NCBI GenBank assembly: GCA_964456525.1
Contig: CAYWAP010000005.1
Span: 963 to 64,962, forward strand
DNA from: an uncultured Oscillospiraceae bacterium
Lineage (GTDB): Bacteria > Bacillota > Clostridia > Oscillospirales > Oscillospiraceae
Length of the DNA stretch: 64,000 bases
Direction of reading: 5' to 3'
In this document: one piece after another, positions 55,707 to 64,000 of the stretch
How the letters are laid out: each line of letters starts with the position of its first letter
How positions within the stretch are numbered: position 1 is the first letter of the stretch
Position numbers and translations under genes: made by a program
Notes under the pieces: model-generated
What the model was told of the DNA's origin: nothing
The model's input: the letters and a program-made list of their open reading frames with translations, nothing else
Database searches by the model: none

Positions 55707-56363
55707 ATGAAATCCTTTGCCGTGGTTGGCCTGGGCCGCTTTGGCGCCAGCACAGCCCTGGAACTGATGGGGCAGGGCTGTCAAGTCCTCGCCATCGACA
55801 TCAACGAACCCTCTGTGCAGGACATTGCAGACCATGTGACCCGGGCGGTCTGCGCCGATCTGCGGGACCCGGAGGTCGTCTCCGACCTGAATCTGACCGC
55901 CTGTGACGCTGCCATCGTCTCCATTGGCTCTGACATCAGCACCAGCGTCCTGATCACCCTCAATTTAAAGGAAGCGGGCGCCCACTGCGTCATTGCCAAG
56001 GCCTGCAGCGAGGCACACCGCCGGATTCTGGAAAAGATCGGCGCGGATAAAGTGGTCTTCCCGGAGCAGGATTACGGCATCCGGATGGCAAGGGATCTTT
56101 GCAGGCACAACGCCTACGACTATGTGGAGCTGTCCCCTGAGTGCGCCATTGTCAAGCTGCCCCTGCCCAAGAGCTGGCGGGGAAAGACGCTGATTGAGCT
56201 GAATGTGCGCGCCCGGTACGGCGTCAACGTGTTATCGTTCCGGGCCAGCAACAGCGACAAGGTCGTGATCTCCCCGGATCCCGCAGTGCCATTGCCTGCC
56301 GAGGGCGGCATGGTGACGGTTTTGGCGCCCCGCAGCACCTTACAGAAACTGGAGAAACTCTGA
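55707..56363 (+). CDS. ktrA: TrkA/KtrA family RCK regulatory subunit
   Basis: GLGRFG Rossmann motif, IAKA, ADKVVFPE, RCK_C LIELNVR. Confidence 0.9.
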   Translation: MKSFAVVGLGRFGASTALELMGQGCQVLAIDINEPSVQDIADHVTRAVCADLRDPEVVSDLNLTACDAAIVSIGSDISTSVLITLNLKEAGAHCVIAKACSEAHRRILEKIGADKVVFPEQDYGIRMARDLCRHNAYDYVELSPECAIVKLPLPKSWRGKTLIELNVRARYGVNVLSFRASNSDKVVISPDPAVPLPAEGGMVTVLAPRSTLQKLEKL

Positions 56364-57148
56364 TGGAACATATTACAAGCCGCTCGAACCCCCTGCTCAC
56401 CCAGGTGCGCAAACTGTTAAAAGATCGAAATGATCGCCGGGAAACCGGTGTGTTCGTCTGCGACGGCGTCAAAATGCTGGAGGAAGCTGTGAAATGGAAG
56501 GCAGAAGTCCTCACCGTCCTCCTGACGGAGGGCCGGACGCCGGCGTTTCCCCTGCCCCAATCGGCCCGCTGCGTCAGCGTTCCGGCGGATGTGATGGCCT
56601 CCATCTCCCCGATGAAGGCCCCTCAGGGCATCCTGTTCCTGTGCCGCATGCCCCCGCTGAAGCCGCCGGACCGGTTGACCGGCCGAACCTGGCTGGTGCT
56701 GGACGGGCTGCAGGACCCGGGCAATGTGGGCACCATCTGGCGCACAGCCGACGCCTTTGGGGCGGACGGTCTGCTCCTCACCGGTCACTGTGCGGACCCT
56801 TACAACTGGAAAACGGTGCGCGCCAGCATGGGCGCCGTGTTCCGTCTGCCCGTATGGGAACTGGAGCGATCAGACATCCTCCCTCTGTGCCGGAAGAGCG
56901 GCGTCGTTCTGGCCGGCTCCGCCCTTCGCGCAGACACGGTCTCCCTCCGGGAGCTGCCGGATGGCCCCTGCGCACTGGTGATCGGCAGCGAGGGGCAGGG
57001 CATTTCCGAGGAAGTGCTGAAAGACTGTGACCTGACCGTAAAAATTCCGATGAAACCCACCTGTGAATCCCTGAACGCCGCAGTTGCTGCCTCAGTTCTC
57101 CTGTGGGAGCGCTGGCGCACGACAGGAGAAGCGGCAGTCCGGGAATGA
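56363..57148 (+). CDS. TrmH/SpoU family RNA methyltransferase
   Basis: ITSRSN, PQG, LDGLQDPGNVGTIWR, IGSEGQG, ESLNAAVA. Confidence 0.92.
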   Translation: MEHITSRSNPLLTQVRKLLKDRNDRRETGVFVCDGVKMLEEAVKWKAEVLTVLLTEGRTPAFPLPQSARCVSVPADVMASISPMKAPQGILFLCRMPPLKPPDRLTGRTWLVLDGLQDPGNVGTIWRTADAFGADGLLLTGHCADPYNWKTVRASMGAVFRLPVWELERSDILPLCRKSGVVLAGSALRADTVSLRELPDGPCALVIGSEGQGISEEVLKDCDLTVKIPMKPTCESLNAAVAASVLLWERWRTTGEAAVRE

Positions 57149-57184
57149 CCGGTGGAATGTTTTTCCGAAAGGAGGCGTATCCCC

Positions 57185-58432
57185 ATGTTGACCACAACCA
57201 AATTCTGGCTCTGGCTGACAAGCAGCGTCCGGCTGGCCCCGGCCTGGCAGGTGCTGGAGCACTTCGGCACGCCGGAAAAGGCCTATTTCGCCGACCGGGC
57301 CGAATATGAGACCATCTCCGAGCTGTCCGCGGAAGAGTGCCTCGCCCTTTCCGACAAATCCGTGGAAAAGGCGGAGAACATTTTGGCAGACTGCCAGCGG
57401 CTGGGCGTCCGTATCCTCACCTGGCAGGACGCGGATTACCCGGAACGTCTGCGCAGCATTGAGCTGCCACCCATGGTTCTCTACGTCAAGGGACGTCCCG
57501 TCCGCTTTGACGAGGAGGCCATGATTGCCATGGCGGGAACCCGTCACGCCTCTCCCTATGGCATGTATATGGCCCGGACCTTTGCCCGCGAAATCACCGA
57601 GGGCGGCGCTCTGGTGGTCACCGGCGTGGCAAAGGGATGCGATCAAAACGCCATCATGGGCGCCTTTGACGCCCGGGGAAGTGTGGTGGCCGTGCTGCCC
57701 GGCGGCGTGGACGTCCCCTTCCAGAGCGACGGCCACGGCAAGCTGCTTTACCGCGATTTGGCCCGCTACGGCACACTGATCAGTGAGTATCCCCCGGGAA
57801 CGCCCAATCAGGGAGAACACTTCCGGATGCGCAACCGTGTGCTCACCGGTCTGTGTCTGGCCCTGCTCTGCGTGGAGGCGGGCAAGCACAGCGGCACGTT
57901 GCAGGTGGCGGCCTATGCGCGGGAACAGGACCGCACCACCTTCGTGGTTCCGGCCCGGGTGGACGACGTGTCCGCCCGGGGAACCAACGAGCTCATGTGC
58001 CAGGGCTACGCCCTGCCCGTGCTCTCCGGCCGGGACATCCTGGTCCACTACACCGCCATGTATCCCCACCTCCTGCGCCCCGCAGTCCCCGTTTCCCCCT
58101 TCAAAGCGGGAAAAAAGCCGGTGAACGCAGCCCCCAAAGAGGTGGAAACCCCCGCCGCAGAACCGGCCGGCCAGCCCAAAGATTCCAAAATGGGGGTTGA
58201 CAGCGGGAAAGGGGTAGATTATATTGACGTAGACACTTTTGATGACTCGCTCACACAAGAGGAGCAGCAGATCATCCGCTCCATCGGCTCCAACGTTGTC
58301 ACCACCGAAGAGTTGATCGCGGAAACCGGTCTGAGCGCCAGCAATCTGATGGCCACTCTGACCCTGTTGACCATCCGTGGGCTTGTCATTCCCGAGGACG
58401 GCGGACGGTTCCGCTGCAGCCGTCCCATGTAA
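57185..58432 (+). CDS. dprA: DNA-processing protein A
   Basis: YPERL, PMVLYVKG, GTR..SPYG, G.A.GCD, ISEYPPG, F..RNR, SGTL; C-terminal winged helix. Confidence 0.93.
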   Translation: MLTTTKFWLWLTSSVRLAPAWQVLEHFGTPEKAYFADRAEYETISELSAEECLALSDKSVEKAENILADCQRLGVRILTWQDADYPERLRSIELPPMVLYVKGRPVRFDEEAMIAMAGTRHASPYGMYMARTFAREITEGGALVVTGVAKGCDQNAIMGAFDARGSVVAVLPGGVDVPFQSDGHGKLLYRDLARYGTLISEYPPGTPNQGEHFRMRNRVLTGLCLALLCVEAGKHSGTLQVAAYAREQDRTTFVVPARVDDVSARGTNELMCQGYALPVLSGRDILVHYTAMYPHLLRPAVPVSPFKAGKKPVNAAPKEVETPAAEPAGQPKDSKMGVDSGKGVDYIDVDTFDDSLTQEEQQIIRSIGSNVVTTEELIAETGLSASNLMATLTLLTIRGLVIPEDGGRFRCSRPM

Positions 58433-58454
58433 CCAATTCTGGAGGAATTACTTC

Positions 58455-60842
58455 ATGGCAAAAACCGATCTGGTGATTGTGGAATCACCGGCCAAGGCTA
58501 AAACGATCGGCCGCTACCTGGGTCCGGGTTATACCGTCGTCGCCTCCATGGGGCACGTCCGCGACCTTCCCAAAAGTAAACTCGGTGTGGATCTGGAAAA
58601 CCACTTTGAACCGCACTATGTCCCAATAGAAGGCAAGGAAGATGTGATTTCCAACCTGAAAGAGGCCGCCGAGCAGAGCAACAAAATTTATCTCGCAACT
58701 GACCCGGACCGCGAGGGCGAGGCCATCTCCTGGCATTTGAAGGCCCTGCTGGGGATTCCCGATGAGAAAACCTACCGCGTGACCTTCAACGAGATCACCA
58801 AAAGGGTGGTCAACGAGTCCATTGCCGCCCCCCGCAAGATCGATCAGGATCTGGTGGACGCCCAGCAGGCCCGGCGCGTTTTGGACCGCATTGTGGGTTA
58901 TCAGCTCTCTCCCCTTCTGTGGAAGAAGATTCGGCGGGGGCTTTCCGCAGGCCGCGTCCAATCGGTGGCCACCCGTCTGGTGGTGGACCGTGAGCGGGAA
59001 ATCCGGGCCTTTGTCCCCGAGGAATACTGGAGCATTGATGTCAAGCTGGAGCGCCTGCTGCCCAAAACCGGCATCTTTAGTGCCCATTACCATGGCGAGG
59101 GGAAAAAGAAGCAGGAGCTGACCTGTGAGGAAGCTGCCAACGCGATTCTCGCAGACATGAATCGGTATCCCTTTGTGGTGTCCTCTGTCCGTAAGGGGGA
59201 GAAAACCCGGCAGCCCGCGCCGCCCTTCACCACCTCCACCCTTCAGCAGGAGGCCAGCCGTAAACTGGGCATGACGCCGCGGCGCACCATGTCCATCGCC
59301 CAGCAGCTGTATGAGGGCGTGGATGTAGACGGCGAGGGCACCGTCGGCCTGATTACCTATATGAGAACGGACTCTCTCCGCCTTTCGGATGAGGCCATCT
59401 CCGCCGCCCGGGAGTATATTCAAGGCCGCTACGGGGCCTCCTACACCCCGGCCGCCCCGAAGCACTACAAGACCAAGTCCAACGCCCAGGACGGCCACGA
59501 GGCCATCCGCCCCACCAACGTCCGTCTGGACCCGGACGCCGTGCGGCACAGCCTGAGCCCCGATCAATATAAGCTGTACCGGTTGATCTGGAGCCGGTTC
59601 CTCGCCTGCCAGATGTCCGGCGCCGTCTACGACACCGTCTCCATTGACGTCACCTGCTCCACGCACCTGTTCCGCGCCAGCCACCAGAGCCTGAAATTCT
59701 CCGGCTTTACCGCTGTCTACGTGGAAACCAGGGATGAGGGAGAAGAGGCTGCCGGCTCTCCCCTGCCCGATCTGTCAGAGGGCGAGGAGGTCAGGAAGAT
59801 CGCCGAGGACAAAGCCCGCCACTTCACCCAGCCCCCACCCCGCCTCACAGAGGCCGCCCTCATCAAGATGCTGGAAGAACAGGGCATTGGCCGCCCCTCC
59901 ACCTATGCGCCCACAGTGTCCACCATCCAGGACCGCTATTATGTGGTCAAGGAGGGCAAGACCTTAAAGCCCACGCCTTTGGGCGAGGTTGTCACGGAGC
60001 TGATGGAGGATAAATTCCCCGACATTGTCGATCCGGGATTTACCGCGAAGATGGAGAGCTCCCTGGACAACGTGGAAAGCGGCAAGGAGTTCTGGAAGGA
60101 CGTTCTGGATCAATTCTATCAGGGATTCCACGCCGAATTGGAACAGGCGGAAAAGGATCTGGACGGGGAGCGCATCCCCATCCCCGCCGAGGAGACCGAG
60201 GAGATCTGCGAGCTCTGCGGCCGGAAAATGGTGGTTAAAATTGGCCGTTACGGCCGCTTTCTGGCCTGCCCCGGGTATCCGGAGTGCAGTTTCACCAAAC
60301 CTCTGGTCATTGAGATGCCCGGAAAATGCCCCAAGTGCGGCAGCCGCATTTTGAAAAAGACCAGCCGCAACGGATATACGTTCTACGGCTGTGAACGCAA
60401 CCGCAGCGCAACCGGCATGACCTGTGATTTTATGACCTGGGATGTGCCCGTCAAGGAAAACTGCCCTATCTGCGGCCAGACGATGTTTAAAAAATCCGGC
60501 AGAGGGGCAAAAAAGCCCTTCTGCATCAACGAAAAATGCGAAAACTTTACGCCTGAGGAGCAGCGCCCCGGATACCGTCCCCCCAAGCCCAAAAAGGAGG
60601 CCGTCTCTGACGCGGCCCAGGAGGCGCTCACCAAAGGCACCTCCGGGAAGGGCAAGGGCCGAACCGCTGCCAGGAGCGCTGCGAAAGGCGCTTCCGCCGC
60701 TGCCCGCAAGGCTAAGGCGGCCGCCGCCAACAAGCCCAAGCGCCAGCTGAGCGAAGCCCAGAAGGCCGCTCTGGCCCGGGGCCGCGAAAAGGCCCGGGCC
60801 AATCGGGAGGCTGCCAAGCAGGCGAAAAACGGCCTTTCGTAA
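58455..60842 (+). CDS. topA: DNA topoisomerase I with extended basic C-terminal tail
   Basis: IVESPAKAK, ATDPDREGE, SAGRVQS, LITYMRTD, three Zn ribbons. Confidence 0.97.
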   Translation: MAKTDLVIVESPAKAKTIGRYLGPGYTVVASMGHVRDLPKSKLGVDLENHFEPHYVPIEGKEDVISNLKEAAEQSNKIYLATDPDREGEAISWHLKALLGIPDEKTYRVTFNEITKRVVNESIAAPRKIDQDLVDAQQARRVLDRIVGYQLSPLLWKKIRRGLSAGRVQSVATRLVVDREREIRAFVPEEYWSIDVKLERLLPKTGIFSAHYHGEGKKKQELTCEEAANAILADMNRYPFVVSSVRKGEKTRQPAPPFTTSTLQQEASRKLGMTPRRTMSIAQQLYEGVDVDGEGTVGLITYMRTDSLRLSDEAISAAREYIQGRYGASYTPAAPKHYKTKSNAQDGHEAIRPTNVRLDPDAVRHSLSPDQYKLYRLIWSRFLACQMSGAVYDTVSIDVTCSTHLFRASHQSLKFSGFTAVYVETRDEGEEAAGSPLPDLSEGEEVRKIAEDKARHFTQPPPRLTEAALIKMLEEQGIGRPSTYAPTVSTIQDRYYVVKEGKTLKPTPLGEVVTELMEDKFPDIVDPGFTAKMESSLDNVESGKEFWKDVLDQFYQGFHAELEQAEKDLDGERIPIPAEETEEICELCGRKMVVKIGRYGRFLACPGYPECSFTKPLVIEMPGKCPKCGSRILKKTSRNGYTFYGCERNRSATGMTCDFMTWDVPVKENCPICGQTMFKKSGRGAKKPFCINEKCENFTPEEQRPGYRPPKPKKEAVSDAAQEALTKGTSGKGKGRTAARSAAKGASAAARKAKAAAANKPKRQLSEAQKAALARGREKARANREAAKQAKNGLS

Positions 60843-60968
60843 GGCTCAAACCGCCGCCGTCCCCCACAGGTTCCTTTCCAAGATACGCACCATGCGTATT
60901 CAGCAATTGTCACCCCCGCAGGCTGCCCCTCCCAACGGGAGCGTGCAGCCTCCTCTCCTGGATGAATT

Positions 60969-62309
60969 ATGAAGTTTGAACAAGACAAAGTAACCGTCAT
61001 TGGCGCCGGCCTTGCCGGCAGCGAGGCCGCCTGGCAGCTGGCAGAGCGGGGCATTCCCGTTGTCCTCTACGAGATGAAGCCTCATAAAATGACTCCAGCT
61101 CACCAATATCCCGGCTTTGCAGAGCTGATCTGCTCCAACTCCTTCCGCGCCGCCAACGTGGAAAACGCCGTCGGCCTGCTGAAAGAGGAAATGCGCCGGT
61201 GCAGCAGCCTGATCATGAAGATGGCCGACCGCCATGCCGTTCCGGCCGGGGGCGCGCTGGCCGTGGACCGCTACGCTTTTTCTGACGCGGTCACTCAGGC
61301 CCTGCGCAGCCATCCGAACATTTCCATCGTGGAGGATGAGCTGACCGAAATCCCCGAGGAGGGGCCGGTACTGATCGCGTCCGGCCCGCTGACCTCGGAT
61401 TCTCTGGCCGGTCACATTGCAAAACGGTTCCCCAAGCAGAACTATCTGCACTTTTTTGATGCCGTCGCCCCCCTGATCTCCTTTGAGAGCATCGACATGG
61501 AGAAGGCATGGTTTGGCAGCCGCTACAACAAGGGCACGGCGGATTATATCAACTGCCCCATGACCCAGGAGGAGTATGACGCATTTTGGCAGGCGCTGTG
61601 CCACGCCGAGGAGGCCAAGCTCCACGGCTTTGAGGATCAAAATGTTTTTGAAGGGTGTATGCCCGTTGAGGTCATGGGCCGCCGCGGCTACGACACTCTG
61701 CGCTATGGCCCGCTGAAGCCCGTGGGCCTGGAGAACCCCCATACCGGCAAAGCGGCCTACGCCGTGGTTCAGCTGCGCAAGGACAACGCGGCGGGTTCCA
61801 TTTACAACATGGTGGGCTTCCAGACCCACCTGACCTGGCCGGAACAGCGCCGGGTGTTTCGGATGATCCCCGGACTGGAACAGGCCGAATTTGTCCGTTA
61901 CGGCGTCATGCACCGCAACACCTATATCGACTCCCCCAAGCTGCTCAACCACTACTATCAGGTCACGGACGAGCCGCGTCTGACCTTTGCCGGGCAGATG
62001 ACCGGCGTGGAGGGGTATGTAGAGTCTGCGGCCTCCGGCCTTTTGGCCGGCGCCGAGCTGGCCCACCGCCTTTTGGGCAAGCCTCCCATCGACTTCCCCC
62101 GGGAGACGGCCATCGGCGCCCTGAGTTATTACATCAGCAATCCCTCTGTTGCGGACTTCCAGCCCATGAATGTGAACTTCGGCATTCTTCCGCCCCTGGG
62201 GCGCAAGGTGCGCGGTGGCAAACGCGCCAGAAATGCCGCGCTGGCAGAGCGGGCGCTGAACGCGCTGGATCAGGCCCTTCAAGCGGCAGGGTACGGCGGA
62301 TCCATTTGA
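60969..62309 (+). CDS. trmFO: methylenetetrahydrofolate--tRNA-(uracil-5)-methyltransferase
   Basis: [41 protein letters not shown]. Confidence 0.95.
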   Translation: MKFEQDKVTVIGAGLAGSEAAWQLAERGIPVVLYEMKPHKMTPAHQYPGFAELICSNSFRAANVENAVGLLKEEMRRCSSLIMKMADRHAVPAGGALAVDRYAFSDAVTQALRSHPNISIVEDELTEIPEEGPVLIASGPLTSDSLAGHIAKRFPKQNYLHFFDAVAPLISFESIDMEKAWFGSRYNKGTADYINCPMTQEEYDAFWQALCHAEEAKLHGFEDQNVFEGCMPVEVMGRRGYDTLRYGPLKPVGLENPHTGKAAYAVVQLRKDNAAGSIYNMVGFQTHLTWPEQRRVFRMIPGLEQAEFVRYGVMHRNTYIDSPKLLNHYYQVTDEPRLTFAGQMTGVEGYVESAASGLLAGAELAHRLLGKPPIDFPRETAIGALSYYISNPSVADFQPMNVNFGILPPLGRKVRGGKRARNAALAERALNALDQALQAAGYGGSI

Positions 62310-62463
62310 AATTGGCGGCGGGGTTCTTTCCCGCCACACATCCCACCACCAATGGCGCACGTCTGAGCGTGCATACATTGGGGCGGCGGGCATAATCTGT
62401 CCCACTGTGTTCCACCTGGAACAGTTTATGCGCGTCTCCCGAACATATAAAGGAGCATATTGT

Positions 62464-63516
62464 ATGAACATCATTATTGACGCAATGGGCGGAGATTTCG
62501 CCCCGGCAGAACCGGTTCGCGGCGCTTTGCAAGCCCACAAGGAATTTGGCTGCGACATCACCCTCGTGGGCAAAGAGGAGGAAATCCGGAAAGCGCTGCA
62601 AGCGGACGGCGTGAATGAACTTCCCGACGGGATTCAGATTGTCCACGCCAGCGAAGTGATCGAGATCTGCGACGACCCGGCCCGGGCCTGTCTGCGGAAA
62701 AAGGATTCCTCCATGTCCGTGGGCCTGAAGATGCTGCGGGATGGCCAGGGAGATGCCTTTATCTCCGCTGGCAGCACCGGCGCGCTGCTCTCCGGCGCCA
62801 CCCTGCTAATCAAGCGGATCCGTGGCATCAAACGGGCTGCGGTGGCCCCCGTTGTCCCCACGGGCAACGGATTTTCCATGCTGATGGATGCCGGTGCCAA
62901 CGCTGAATGCACCGCCGAATATATGTTGCAGTTCGCCTATATGGGCAGCTTTTACATGGAAAAGGTCATGGGAATTCCGCACCCCCGGATCGGCCTGCTG
63001 AACATCGGCGCCGAACCCAGCAAGGGCACCGATTTGTATCAGGAGGTTCATCACCTGCTGCAGGAGGCCAACGACGCCGGGCGCATTCACTTTATCGGCA
63101 ATGCCGAGCCCACTTTGGTCGCCTCCCCGGATGCCCCGGACGTCATCGTGGCGGACGGCTTTGCCGGCAACATTATGTTAAAGACCATGGAGGGCACTGC
63201 CAACTTTATCGTCAAGGGTCTGAAAGATCTGTTCACCACCAGTCTGAAAACCAAGCTGGGCTATCTGATGGTTCACAGCAACATGGGCGATTTTAAGAAA
63301 CTGCTCGACAGCCGTACCGTCGGCGGCACTGCCATGATGGGCATCCAAAAGCCGGTCTTTAAGGCCCACGGCAACAGCGACGCGCTGGCGTTTACCAACG
63401 CGGTTCGTCAGGCCATCAAGTTTGTTGAGGCCGATGTCATTGCTGAGATCGAAAAGAATATCAGCCACATGACCGTTGAAGAAAATGCCCCCTCCTCCAG
63501 TGAGAGCGCGGACTGA
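62464..63516 (+). CDS. plsX: phosphate acyltransferase
   Basis: DAMGGDFAP, SAGSTGA, DAGANAE, LLNIG.E..KG, DGFAGN, KAHGNS. Confidence 0.96.
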   Translation: MNIIIDAMGGDFAPAEPVRGALQAHKEFGCDITLVGKEEEIRKALQADGVNELPDGIQIVHASEVIEICDDPARACLRKKDSSMSVGLKMLRDGQGDAFISAGSTGALLSGATLLIKRIRGIKRAAVAPVVPTGNGFSMLMDAGANAECTAEYMLQFAYMGSFYMEKVMGIPHPRIGLLNIGAEPSKGTDLYQEVHHLLQEANDAGRIHFIGNAEPTLVASPDAPDVIVADGFAGNIMLKTMEGTANFIVKGLKDLFTTSLKTKLGYLMVHSNMGDFKKLLDSRTVGGTAMMGIQKPVFKAHGNSDALAFTNAVRQAIKFVEADVIAEIEKNISHMTVEENAPSSSESAD

Positions 63517-63538
63517 TTTTCAGACGGGAGTAATACAT

Positions 63539-64000
63539 ATGAAAACACTGGAAGAAAAACTGGGCTACTCATTCCAAGACCCCTCTCTGCTGGAGCACGC
63601 CCTGACCCATAGTTCTTACGCCAACGAACACCACATGGGCAGCCTGAATTCCAACGAGCGGCTGGAGTTTCTGGGGGATTCCATCCTCGGCATGATCGTG
63701 GCCGACTACCTGTACCGAACCTTTCCCAAGCTGCCTGAGGGGGATTTGACCCGGCTGCGCGCCAATCTGGTCTGTGAGAACAGTCTGGTGCTGGTGGCAA
63801 AGCAGCTGAATCTGGGCAGCTATCTCCGGCTTGGCAAGGGGGAAGAGTCCAGCGGCGGACGGGAGCGCCCCTCCATCATTGCCGACGCAGTGGAAGCCGT
63901 TCTGGCGGCCGTCTATCTGGACGGCGGAATCAGCCAGGTGCGCCGCATCATCCAGCGCACCATTCTGGATCATATGGCAGAAGTCCAGCGCGCCAGCCGC
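63539..64000 (+). CDS. rnc: ribonuclease III (runs off the window end)
   Basis: LEEKLGYSF, ALTHSSYANE, signature NERLEFLGDSIL, ADAVEA; not in the supplied ORF track because it is open-ended. Confidence 0.95.
   Translation, partial: MKTLEEKLGYSFQDPSLLEHALTHSSYANEHHMGSLNSNERLEFLGDSILGMIVADYLYRTFPKLPEGDLTRLRANLVCENSLVLVAKQLNLGSYLRLGKGEESSGGRERPSIIADAVEAVLAAVYLDGGISQVRRIIQRTILDHMAEVQRASR

Overview
A 64-kb stretch of ordinary core chromosome from a GC-rich, spore-forming Clostridia (Bacillota) bacterium. An Oscillospiraceae-like assignment is inferred from gene content and order, not from a database search. About 55 protein genes are supported, including nudC, ispE, an Lrp-aminotransferase pair, cdaR-like, rsuA, ptsI, rubrerythrin, an nnrD-lipoprotein-alr-cat-mazF run, T-box-pheST, dus-ung, ireB, an SH3/NlpC-P60 hydrolase, a giant CoA-dehydratase-activase fusion, nfnAB, ligA, yunB, three M42 peptidases, murD, thrH, glycerate kinase, ktr/trk, dprA-topA-trmFO, plsX and a truncated rnc. 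I found no rRNA, tRNA, CRISPR array, prophage, integrase or transposase. The most unusual observations are: (1) a PheT with a tandemly duplicated, degenerate B2 OB-fold; (2) an M42 peptidase trio whose middle member has lost its catalytic residues; (3) an antitoxin-less EndoA-type MazF preceded by a 40-bp inverted repeat holding a UACAU site, with a CAT-family gene where the antitoxin normally sits; (4) several structured leaders that match no riboswitch I recognise (ktr/trk, a small membrane protein downstream of cdaR, rubrerythrin); (5) a hydrolase with six SH3 domains and a 55-serine linker; (6) a Lys/Arg/Ala-rich tail on TopA. Gene identities come from motif recognition by eye, RNA structures were paired by hand, and start codons were refined using Shine-Dalgarno placement. 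None of this was computed or searched.
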